DNA from: Camelus dromedarius
Taxonomy: Eukaryota
Assembly (NCBI RefSeq): GCF_036321535.1
Contig: NC_087437.1
Location: forward strand, 84,570,001-84,634,000
Direction: 5' to 3'
Length of the DNA: 64,000 nucleotides
Shown one piece after another: positions 26,783 through 38,330 of this stretch (positions within the stretch are counted from its first letter, which is position 1; every line of letters begins with the position of its first letter). The notes under the pieces are model-generated. The model was not told where the DNA came from. It saw nothing but the letters and a program-made list of their open reading frames with translations, and searched no databases. The position numbers and the translations under genes are program-made.

Positions 26783-27190
26783 TGACTTAGATTCTGTTTC
26801 CTGGAAGCAGAGACTGAGACAAAGATTTGAGAGCACAAGATTTATCAAGGATTTTCTCTTAGGAGAAAAGAGTCACATAAAGAGAGATGACACCACGGAG
26901 ACCTATGCAAGGATGTGGTCTCAGGTAGAGCCTGACTTGCATAGATTGCAGCACAAAGTTGCTCCCATCCTGAGGCAAAGGGCCCCGGAATTTGTGCCCC
27001 TTTTCAGTCAGTCCTTGGCTGTGAACTTCGCCTGGGTCGGCAAAACCTCTCAGATGAGACAGTTTCTATGTTGCAAAGGGCAATTTTCCAAAGGAGCAGG
27101 GGAATCTATGAGCCATTAGCAGTCAACTCTCACAACAGCTGGGGAATGGATGTATTCATTGGCTCAGAAAAGTAGGCTGTTAACTCTGCT
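26783..27190 (-). mobile_element. ERVL LTR (LTR16-like)
   Basis: ttcctggaagcagagactgagacaaagatttgagagcacaagatttat. Confidence 0.6.
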
Positions 27191-30099
27191 ACAAGAAGTG
27201 AGTTATGGCAAGAATGAACAGTTAAAACTTGAAGTTGATATATGATTTCATAACTTGCGACCTATCTCGTAATTGATATTTCATTTTATCAAAAAGTGAT
27301 AAAAATATCTATACTGGATATGTTTTATTATCTTTCAAGAAGACTAGTGAAATAAAGAAACTTCAAAGTGCTATTATGTAATAATTTTCCTTATTTTATA
27401 ATCCAAGATTGTTACCTTATTGTAATTATCAATAAAATAATATTTAATTAATTTTAGTAAGTGGTTAAATCATTGGTGATAGATAACAACACTTGAAATC
27501 ATCTATCTTATGTAGAAAACCAAATACTCTACATAATAAGAAAAATAATGTGGATGCAAGAGAAGAATACTCTTGATTATAATGTCATATTTGTATAATT
27601 TTTGTTAATGATCTTACTTGAAAATTATATTCCCTCATGTCTGAGGTTTATGTTAAGATAAATCACCTATGAAACACAATAGATGAATGAGATCACGTAT
27701 AAATTTTTTGGAAAATCTTCTGGAGTAACTAATAAGGCAGCAATGTGGAGGCTGGATTTTTATAAACTCATCAATCAGGCTGGGCTGTCTATAGGCAGGA
27801 GTCCCTACTTACAGCTTCTGTTAGTATCCTGATGGATTTCACTGGATTTTATTTGAAGTGAGAGACTGACAAGATTCTTTATTGTGAATGAAGGTCCTCT
27901 TCACCACCAGATTTATCAAGTAGGCACTCATTAACAAAATCACACCATTCATTTCATTCAGAGGCTGTTCGCTGACTTGTGTTCCCAGAAGAGGACTACC
28001 AATTTTTAACAATAAAATAAAGCCCATGAAATGGTAAAAATATAGGTTTTTATAACAGTGTGCAGTTTTTCAACCACTGTCACATTTTTCCTTCCATCTA
28101 ATTTTTTGCAACGGCACTATGAATTTGGCAGGACACCGTGTCTGCATTTTTGGTTTATTTGTTTTATGTTTTTTTCTTTATTGTTTTTGGTGTAAAACAG
28201 ACATTCAAACATATCCAAGGTAATACAGAAAGAAAATATTAGATCCAAAACCAGACTCTATCTAGCCCATTTCCTATCTCCATAGCCTTTTAAAATTTAT
28301 GTTTCAGTGTTTTCTCTCAGTAAATAATGAAGCATTTAATAAATACGTATTGGTAAAAAAATAGATAACGTTATTTTTACTTCATGAATGAAATACTTCA
28401 GTCACATAATACTACAGGTTTAATAACATTTACAAAGTTTAGTAGGTACCATTTGATACTTCCCTGTTTTTGGAGAATAACAATTTTACTAATCACTGAC
28501 TTTTCAATTGTTAGCAACAAAACATACTTGGCTGAGGATTTTAGCAATGGAATAATAGTTAGCAAAGTGGCCCAAATTCAGGAAGCAAGATAAAAGAATG
28601 TGGCAGTACAATTCAAAATACTTTCCCAACAGGAAGCAGTTTAACACGTTTGCTCTGTTCAGTGTACTGTGTGGTGCTGTTATGTCACCTGCTTAACTCA
28701 AAGATCACCCAAGTGCTTCTCCCCTCCCTTCTAACGAGGAGGCAGCAGGTGCAAAGATCAAGTTCCTTTCCTGATGTGGAAACATGGCATTCAGCAGAGT
28801 AGGCAGGGTCTCAAATCAAACAATTGTTGTCAAGAGCATCAACCCTACAGAATAACTGCCAACCTCCTGCACTCTTCAGATTCTGACCTCTTCACCTCCA
28901 GCTTACTCCATCCTCCAGTTCAATTTGATCTTTAGGAATGATTCCAACAGTAGAGAATAAACAGCAAGAGTTCAAGAAAATAAAGAAAATGAGAGAATCA
29001 GATATTTATACTGCCCATTTAGAAAGCTGTGTGCTCCTGGAACTGTTACATTCTGGCAGTGTACCACAAGGCAAAAGGGGGGAATCTGAGGGGATTAACT
29101 CCAGCTTCATTATGTGGCAGCTGGTTTATATCTGAGGCTTTGTGTTCATGCCAGTCTCAGGCCTAGGTAATTTATAATAGCCTAAAGTTCCAATATAAAA
29201 AGCACATAGCTGCAGGGAGACATGTCAGCTTCTCTTACATAGCCTGTCATTTCCTTGGAAACATAATAATTAAGATGTCTGGTATAACTGCTTCTGCCAG
29301 AAATATTTTTAGATTTCAGCCCATTTCAAGAAATGCTAAATTCAAGGAGAGAATTATTAAATACTGCATGACAAACTAAGGAAAGTACTCTTACAGTTTT
29401 GTTGTATCAAAAGGAACAGATTCTTCATCTAAATCTCTTGACAACAAGTAGAGGACTACCTGGACTTGAATTAAAAATAAAGGGAATGGCATGAGTTTGA
29501 TTAGAGCGAAAGCAGATGAGATAGGAGAGAATTATGCACTCCTAATCAAAAGCAGTTTTTCAGTCTAAAAGACTGACACGATTTTAAAGGCAGAATGACA
29601 CCGTCCCCCATCCTCAAATTAATACAATTGCCTCTTCTGATTATCCATATAATTCATAAACAAACTACTTATCATAGCATGGGGGCAGTAAAGAAGACAC
29701 TATTTCGTATCCATTTGCTTGCAACTATGACAGGAGGCAATCCATGACATTTGTATGGTGAATTAATTTCCTGGAGATATGATGAAACTATACTGCATTA
29801 AAATGATTTACCCTGTAATAGGTTTAACTTATAGAGGAATACAATTAGACAATTAAAAGGAAGATTTAAATTCAATAGGTTAAAGTAATTAAAAAGAGGC
29901 TGAAAGTTCCCTTGAACATTGAAAGCTATGTTTCTGACCTCTCTCAGGTTTCCTTAATAAAACCTCTTATTATGAACTGAAGTGGGGCCATAAACTCAAT
30001 TACAGTAAAACAGTCAATAACTATATGATGATAGCAAAGATTATATTACAATTTTATGATGAATATTAGGAGAAAGAGTAATTAAGGAGTCATTTAGAT

Positions 30100-30260
30100 T
30101 CTACTAGCATTTGTTTAAAACCTAGCATGTTCCAGATAATGCACTAAGTTACCACCCACATACACGTTATCTCATTTAATCCTTACAACTATGTACTTAA
30201 GGATTCATTTTATCCCCATTTTTATGTGAGAGAACCAAATCTCAACATACTTATTAAAAG
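30100..30260 (-). mobile_element. MIR SINE
   Basis: ttatctcatttaatccttacaac...tatccccatttttatgtgagagaacc. Confidence 0.7.
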
Positions 30261-30719
30261 GCAATCTTGTAATTTTTCTCTACTACACTTAGTCAATGAC
30301 TCTTTTCTGTTTGAATTCTATTTCTTTAAAAATTTTATTATCTATTTGTTTTCGTGGAAGACCATTAAAATAGCATGTTAAATTATAATTCTACCATCTA
30401 TCTACCATAACTCATTGCACAAAGAAGTCCTTGAGAATGAGAAAAATTCCTTTTGAGGAGCTATTTAAGCTACTAGCTTATACTTAGGCCTGACTCCTAT
30501 TCAAAATGTGACTTAAAGGCATATATAGACTTTGCTAACACAAATCAAAGAAGTAGAACTTTAATGATGTAATGTTCGTTCTTCCTAAATTGCTCTATTT
30601 TTCTTCAGTGCACTGATCACCTCTATTTCTAACTCTACTCCTATCTCTATACCTATTTCTTTTGTATACTTCCATGTATGTGTATCCATCCTCCTGTCTA
30701 TCATCTGTCTATCTATATT

Positions 30720-30850
30720 TGCTGTTCTTCCCACCCCCATCCCAATAAAAAGTGAGCAGCACCTTGAGAGCAGAGAATTTATCTGTTTGGTTCACTGACA
30801 ATTTCCTTCACCCAGTTCATAGTAAGCTCAATAAATATTTATTGGATGAA
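30720..30850 (+). mobile_element. L2 3' end
   Basis: ccttgagagcagagaatttatctgtttggttcactg...catagtaagctcaataaatatttattggatgaa. Confidence 0.75.
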
Positions 30851-30897
30851 GAGAAGATGCACTTATTGACTGTCTTATGAAATGTCTGATTTATGGG

Positions 30898-31568
30898 TAT
30901 AGTGGGTTCAATAGCATCCCTGGAAAATGCATGTGCACACAAAACCTCAGAACGTGGGAGGCAGCCTCCCTGCAGGCCCCACTTCTACTAGGAGCTGGGC
31001 CGGGAGACTGGGGACTTCAAGGTCAAAGGGCAGAGTCAGGAGGGAGCTGTAAAGTGATAGTCTGTCCCCACTGGGATCACTGCCGCTCTACCAGCCACAT
31101 GAACTTGCGCATGTTCTGGACAAACAGCTCCGGCTCCTTGAAGGCAGCAAAGTGTCCCCAACAGGGCATGTAGGAATAGGAGAGGAGTTATTTGGAAACT
31201 CTTATTTGGAAATAGAGACTTTATAGATGTAATTAGTTAAGACCCTGGAGATTAGATCATCATGGATTTAGAGTGACTTGAATCCAATGACTGATGTCCT
31301 TATAAGAAGAGGAAAGGACCCAGACACACACAGGGCAATGTGAAGATGGAGACAGAGATTGGAGTTATGTTGCCAGAAACTAAGGATGCCTGGGGCCACT
31401 ACAAGCTGGAAGAAGTAAGGAGGTGTCTTCCTTACAGCCTTCAGGAAGAGCAAGGCTTTGCTAACACCTTGATTTCGGACATCTAGCTTCCAGAGAGAAT
31501 GAAATTCTGTGTTTTAAGCCAATCAGTTTGTGGTACTCTGTTAGGGGTGGCTCTAGAAAGCTAATACA
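30898..31568 (+). mobile_element. MLT1B-like MaLR solo LTR, split by a 231-bp foreign insert
   Basis: tatagtgggttcaat...acctcagaacgtg, then insert, then ttatttggaaatag...ctaataca; approximate 5-bp TSD ATGGG/ATAGG. Confidence 0.85.
31077..31187 (-). pseudogene. EPHX1: Pseudogenic fragment of microsomal epoxide hydrolase: C-terminal 36 codons plus stop
   Basis: Minus strand translates LLSYSYMPCWGHFAAFKEPELFVQNMRKFMWLVERQ*. The human EPHX1 C-terminus as I recall it is LISYSYMVRGGHFAAFEEPELLAQDIRKFLSVLERQ*: 23/36 identical, ungapped, same stop position. Confidence 0.9.
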
Positions 31569-34500
31569 ATAGGGAAGTCCTTTTGTATTTGACCAATGTT
31601 GGCTACAAAATGAATTGGCCAGGGTCCACGCTTCCCAAAGAATTAATTAAGCACGGTGTATGGGATGTGGAGGTGAATAGGATTAAGTGGTTCCTGAGGA
31701 ATTTACAGTTTTCTAGGAGAGAGAAAAAGCACACGGACAGTTACAAATCACAAAAATAGACAAATTTGCTCAATGACAGAGACACAACAGAGTTAGGAGA
31801 TCTGAGAAAAATCAGTATTTTATGAGTTGTGAGAATCTGAGCAAAAAGCTGCTTCCACTTTAATATGTATTCTGGTTGCTTTTATCTTAAAATAAAACAA
31901 TGTTGGCAGTATGGCTACCATGAGTACAGGGGTGGGTGGGTGTGTGTGTGTATTTATATGTCACAAGATTATTGCACTTGTCAGTTGTCTATTATTTTTT
32001 TATTTACATATGTGTATGTACATACACACAGCCATACATATGTAATAAATACACGTATGCATGGAGACAAATCACTAGAATGCTTGGCCTAAAGTAGAGG
32101 TTTGAAGTAGAGAGTTGTTTCTTTGTCCTGGATCACTTTCTAATTGTACTAAATTTTAATTACTCTGTTTTTTGTATGAATTATTTTACTTATAGGTACC
32201 CAACTGGATTCATCACTTGCTGACATGTATACTATAAAAGTGTTTTGTCTCTCTGTATCTAACTTGCTATGACTAGTCCCCAAATTGTAGCACAAGCACA
32301 CAATTCTTTTCTAGTCACTATTTTTATTTTCTAATTTTTGCTGAATAAATATGTGCAGGGCACCAAGCACTTTTGTTCATGTGCTATTCTGCAGTTTTGG
32401 CAGGTCCTCCGGGCTTGGCTGAAACCGGAGAGTGCTTCCTTGACTCTGGCCTCCAGCAAGGAGATCATCACATTCTGTCTTTACTGCTTTGGAGGTTATT
32501 TTCTAAAACTCCTGTCCTTCCTAGTGCTTTGCCTCTCCTTACAACTGCAATACCTGTTCTGTCTTTGAGCCTGAGTTTAGAGTCTCACCGTCTTATGCAG
32601 CTTCTTTTGCCAAATATATATCATCCCTACACAAGAACATGCTCAATATGGATAGATAAGAGCAGGAGGCCATATTCCACAAGGCTGAATCCCAGGAATT
32701 ATCCTCATGGAAATCTTTTCATTCTTTCGTCAAAGATTATTTCAAAACTACACTTGGCATGAGAGGCACTAGTGATGATGAAGGGATAAAATAATTAGCT
32801 GAGATCAGAATGTTTGCCTCCCCTAGCCTTGAGAATGTAATTCTGATGAGGATCCTTGGTATTTTAGGCCCAATTTGCAATATTTTTCCATCTAGGGAAA
32901 GAGTAGGTGCCTCTTACACCATACATTGGATCACCAATATAGTAGTTTGGATGATGGTCCATCAATATTTCCAAACTGAAGTCATTTTTCAATCAATACT
33001 TCTATTGTGAGCATCCAGTGTTTACATGTTCCACTGTCTTCACCGCATCAAACTAAAACCTCCCACTATGCTTATTATTTACCTTTAAATTTGTTTTGGG
33101 AGGTGGTGATGCTGGGGAGAAAAAACTTAAAACCCTCATTAGAAGTACCTAAGTCAATGAGGCCTTGAAATACAATAGTTGATATATGTTTGTGTATTTG
33201 TGTTTGGGGGATATAATTTTAAATTATAGCTACAATATATACTCTGGTTTAATTACAATTTATTAAATTATTTCTATGAAAGCATCATTTCAGAGATTCA
33301 AAGATTCACTTATATATTCCTTGATAGCTACTAGCCCAGTACAAAATCCATGTTTTCTATATTCACCCACACTGTTGCCAACAGTACCTCACAATTCTCT
33401 TTTCAATCACATTTTACTTCCTTTCTATAAGTTCTAATCATGCCCACCATTGAAGAACATATTTAACTGTCATTGTTTTTTGATAGCATTTTTATTGTGA
33501 ACTATAAACACATTTTTTATATTCTTAAAACTGGAAATATTTGATAAAACAGATTATTTACCATAATAATAAAGTCATTTTAATGACTAGTTGTATAATG
33601 AGTTAACTCTCCCTGATCATTAAACATCGACTAAGCAGAACTAACAAAGTCTTCAACAGATAGTACTATTACAGATATGCTGTGCCTCTAAAGACATCTC
33701 ATACTGGTCATATCTAGAATATTAGTATGTATATTTTAGAGAATCATTGCTGAAAAGAGCTGTTTCAAATTTTCATTGTATAGGTTTTGAAATGTGTAAC
33801 TAATTTGCAATCAAATTTGTCATTAGAAGCAAAAATGTCATCAATCCTTCTTGTAATTTGTAAGTATTCGCGTCACCCTCTATACATCATTATACCTCTT
33901 TGCTCTTGCAACTCTTTGTCTACACTTTATAGCTTAGACCACATACTGGCCTCCAGTTAATTTAAATCTCTGCCATTCCCTAGTCTGTGAATAGCATAAG
34001 GACAAAATCTAATTTATTTATATTTGAGCACTGAGTCAGTGACACACCTATAGAGTTCAACTAGAAAACCTCTGCATTTTGTAAGTATGTTTATGTTTAA
34101 AAAGGTTAAGTGATTTGCCTCAGAAAATAACATTGCATGTTGACAAGCTGGATCTTTTCCTTTTTTTTTTTTTTTAATCTAAACAAAACACTGAAAACAA
34201 AGACACTGACAGAAAACTATGAGTGATTTTTTTTTTACTCACTAAAGTAGATTTTTGTGTAAGGTGGCCAACATCACTCAACAGTATTTTTTTAAAAATT
34301 TGTATCTCTGACTATAATACTCACACTGAGGACCTTCCATAATAAATTACTCTCCTGACAACCACTACATTCTAATTGAGCTCATCTTCCCATCAACTGG
34401 TAAGTTAGAAGAGGAACTGTAATTTTCACTATACAATGTACTAAATGTAATTTTAAGCAAATGCCCCTCCTTAAATTTCAGGCATATATAGGCATATATA

Positions 34501-36794
34501 GAGCTACACTTTAGTTCTGAATAGATGTACAATTATTTGATAAGCTTCTTTGGAACATCTGTGAGAGGTAATAGTATTCTGCTGACTGAGATGTTTAAAC
34601 CTAGTTAGTCCATGGTTATTTCATGCAAAAGTTTCATTTAGACAATTCTACAGACCCTGAATACTCTTTTCTTTTCCAACTGGCAGCATCCAGTTCAGAA
34701 AGTATTTTTTAATGTCATTTATCTATAAAAACTTTGATGCTATGCATCAGTTTTATTCAGTTATACTTCCCTGGTCCCACCAAGCAAGGAAATATAAAAA
34801 TAGATAAATTTCATTTGGCAAAGCATAGGTAAGACTATTCACTAAGATCTCCTGTACCAATTTTAATAAGTATTCCAGCACTGGAGAAGAAATTATTGAG
34901 AAATAGCACATCTCAGAATTCAGTTTACTGTAAAACCTACGTCTTGCTTACTTAGATCAGTAATGATGGTATTGTGTGCTTTTAAGGAAAAGACTGTTCA
35001 TTTCCCATGTTGATATTGCCATTTTCACCATCTCGTTCTTTTTATTCCCTATGACCTTGTCTGGAACTGGAAGCTGTTTTTCTGCCCTTCCCTTCTGATT
35101 TTCACAGAGTACATACGCTGACGAACTCCCTTCAAACAGACATCAAACATTGTTATTAAAATCCCATCAAAGAAATAGTTTTCAAAATAACATTTGTTTT
35201 CCATGATTTGCCCTTGGGGGTTTTCAGTAAAAAGGAAGGATTCCCATTTTAGAAGACTGTAAAATTGTCACGAACTTCAACTCCCTGATGACTTTAATCT
35301 AAATAAGTTCATTGCTATTCTATTGCAATAAGGTTGTTGAGAACGACCAAGAGAAAACAAAATTGACAGTAAAATCTCTGGTCATAAATATACTCATAAA
35401 ATCTTATTACTTCAATAGAAAATCCAGGATACTACTATTTTAGCTGTGCCAGTAACAATAGAAATCTGAATTGGTTTAGATCTGTCTTTACATTGTTAAC
35501 ACCTATCTGGCAAGACATGAGCTTTGTAGCTTTTCGAACAATGGCCAAATAGCAGTAACAATGAAATAAATATATATTTCTGTAAAACGTAGGCTATGAT
35601 TATTTCTACTAGGAAGTTACCAGGAAATTGCAGTAAGGCCAAACATCCATTCTAATAATTATATTCTTTAGAAAAAGCCCTATTTTGACATTGCTTTGCA
35701 AATGTTGCAAAGCAAAATATGATTTAATAATTAATACTCTAAAGGATTAAAAAAAGTTCTGAAATAAAATTATTTAATATGTTTATTAGAAGAAAAACAA
35801 ATACTAAGCACCCTTCCATATTTATATTACTAGCTTCTTATGAAATTGTGGAGCTAGGTTTATAGAAGTTTAACAAGTTTTATCAATATAATTCTAACTA
35901 CAAATATTGAAAATTCTTGGTGTGGTTAAAATTACATACTGTGGAATTGGTTCTGACTCTTGGGACTCAAGCAGAGTGTGTTGGGAAAATAAAGTCTTGA
36001 GATAAGTTCTTTTCTCATAACAAAGAATATGTTCTTCTTTATGTTTCCTACACACTTGTATTAATTAGTACTTTAATATTCTATTTCTGTATTAACTATG
36101 ATTAGTTATTCATCTTTTCTGTATATTGCAGATCAAATTGCTATCTTGATGTGTGTTCGTTCATAAACAATAAGTAGAATCAAATGTTAATTACATTATA
36201 ATGCCTTTTTAGAAAAAATAAAACAAACTTGTTTCACTTTCAGTTACAAATATCGAATCTGGGTCTGAATTCCCTCTTCCTGACATTTCTCGCAAGATGC
36301 CATCATCCTAGCTTTGTCTTGAGTGATTCATTTTAGAGGAAAACACATTTAAGAAAGAAAGTTTGTTGGTAAACTGGCAAACACCTTATTCACTCCTTTT
36401 TTAAAAACAAGTAATGGAGTAACTATCAAGTGTCTGAAACATTTCCCTTTAAGCACCAAATTTAGCAATTATTTTACGTAGGCATTTTTCTAAAATGAAT
36501 TGCGCCTTTTATGCCTTCATGGAAAGAATTTCCTAATGAAAACTTTTTCTTGATGCTCAAGGATATAATTATGAATGTTATTGCATTCTTTTAAATAAAA
36601 ATGCCTTTAAAATTACTGATGTATGTAAAATTATCTACTCCTACACTTAAAGGCCATAAACTTACATGACTTTCACATTCTGTACTAGCTTTTCAGAATC
36701 TCTGGTGTCTTGTTCAATAAGGCAATACCAAAGGAACTTTCTTTTTGTAATTTGGAATTTGTATCTAGCAGTTGTTAATACAATATAAGATTTG

Positions 36795-37070
36795 CTTCAG
36801 AAAAGCTGGGTTTGAGTATGGGGTATATCATAAAATCTGGTTAATGGGTAACCTAATGATGTCTCAGTTGATGACAATTAAGAGGATCTAATCTAGAGTG
36901 TTGTGCTGAGATTTAAATAAAATAGAGCATGTATGCAATATAATGCATATGTGCAGTCAAACTGTAATAATTCTACCTCATAAAACTGAAAAAGGAGAAA
37001 AAAATAAATAAAATAGAGCATGTAGAGCTACTAGAGTATATAATTAGTTGTCAGGAAATGCCGTCTATTG
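36795..37070 (+). mobile_element. MIR SINE interrupted by a small retro-insertion
   Basis: agctgggtttgagt...gtctcagtt...gagtgttgtgctgagatttaaataaaata...gcatgtagagc. Confidence 0.55.
36934..37004 (+). mobile_element. 71-bp L1-mediated insertion with A-rich tail and 20-bp TSD
   Basis: taaataaaatagagcatgta at 36914-36933 and 37005-37024. Confidence 0.8.
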
Positions 37071-37089
37071 CTGATACTATGACTCTAAG

Positions 37090-37510
37090 AACAATGTGTA
37101 TTAGGTTGGGCGTTTGAGCTAAAATCTGAGAGTTGAAAAGTCAGCCATGTGAAGACTGGAGTAAAAAATATTCCCATTAAAGTTGCAACTGAGTTCTTGA
37201 GTCACAGAGATGGAGTCACTGTGCTTTTAGTAAAAATCTGAGATGAAGTTGGAGATGTAATGTAAGGACCATTCACAAAGGGCCTATAGAACATGGCAGA
37301 AACGCTGATTTTTTTTCTTAATGTGGCAAGAAACCATTACATGAGTTTTAGTGGAATGGTCATGATTTGATTTCTGTTTTTAAAATATTACTCTCATTAC
37401 TTTTTATGTAGGAAACTACGCAAATAAAAGTAGGGAGACAAGAGGTAAAGTGTAGGTAAAAAAAAAATAATGGTGATACAGATTAGGGGAAGTTTCATAG
37501 AGATTGAAAT
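37090..37510 (-). mobile_element. L2 fragment
   Basis: agtcagccatgtgaagact...gagatgaagttggagatg...catgatttgatttctgtttttaaaatattactct. Confidence 0.6.
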
Positions 37511-37705
37511 GAAAAGATGTTTCTTACGTTTCATTGCTTGGATTCCATAAAATTTGATTTTTGATTCTCTAAGGGAATTACAGGCCTGTTGATATTTTTT
37601 TCATGGCTGAGTGCTCTCATTTCCACATGCCAGTGTTCTCCTAAACATACATATACATATACACATACATATCACCACTTTGTGATTACAGCATCCTGAT
37701 GAGTT

Positions 37706-38186
37706 TGTGATGGGTTGAATTGTACACCCCCTACCAAATTCATGTGTTGAAGATTTAGTCCTCAGTATTACAGAATGTGACCTTATTTTAAAGTAGGTTA
37801 TTGCAGATGTAATTAGTTAAGTTTAGATGAGATCATTATGGAGTAGGATATGTCCCTAATTTGATGATCACTGATATCCTTATTAGAACAAATAAACAAG
37901 TGAAGGAACGAATGAACAACAAAACATCATGTGAAGACGTATACGTGAACACAGGGAGAATGCCATGTGCAGACTGGAGTTATGCTGTCTCAAGTCAAGG
38001 AACTACAAGATGCCACCAGAGAGGGCCCCAGCAGATCACTCCCTAGAGACTATATAGGGAACGTTGCCCTGCTGATACCTTGATTTCAGTCTTCTAGCTT
38101 CTAGAACTATAAGACAATAAATTTCTATTGTGCTAAACCACCCAGTGTACGGTACTTGATTACAGTAGCCCTAGTGACCTAATACA
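37706..38186 (+). mobile_element. MLT1B-like MaLR solo LTR
   Basis: TGtgatgggttgaattgt...cagaatgtgaccttattt...gccctagtgacctaataCA. Confidence 0.85.
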
Positions 38187-38189
38187 TTT

Positions 38190-38330
38190 ATATGGTGTTA
38201 CTGTCATTCTGAAGAAACTGAGACAGAGGGTTATATAATTAATCTAAGATCAGTTAGCAGTAAATATTAGAGCTAAAGGTTAAGCCAACAGTCTAACTCC
38301 AGGGACTGAACCCTTAATGATGATGCTAAA
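38190..38330 (-). mobile_element. MIR fragment
   Basis: gaagaaactgagacagagggttatataattaatctaagatc...gtctaactccagg. Confidence 0.65.

Noticed and set aside
30877..31173. 98-aa plus-strand ORF
   Set aside because: It is the antisense read-through of the EPHX1 fragment plus LTR sequence.
32338..32762. 129-aa and 76-aa ORFs over a slightly GC-rich patch
   Set aside because: Non-ATG starts, no recognisable domain in the frames I checked, and no convincing splice pair.
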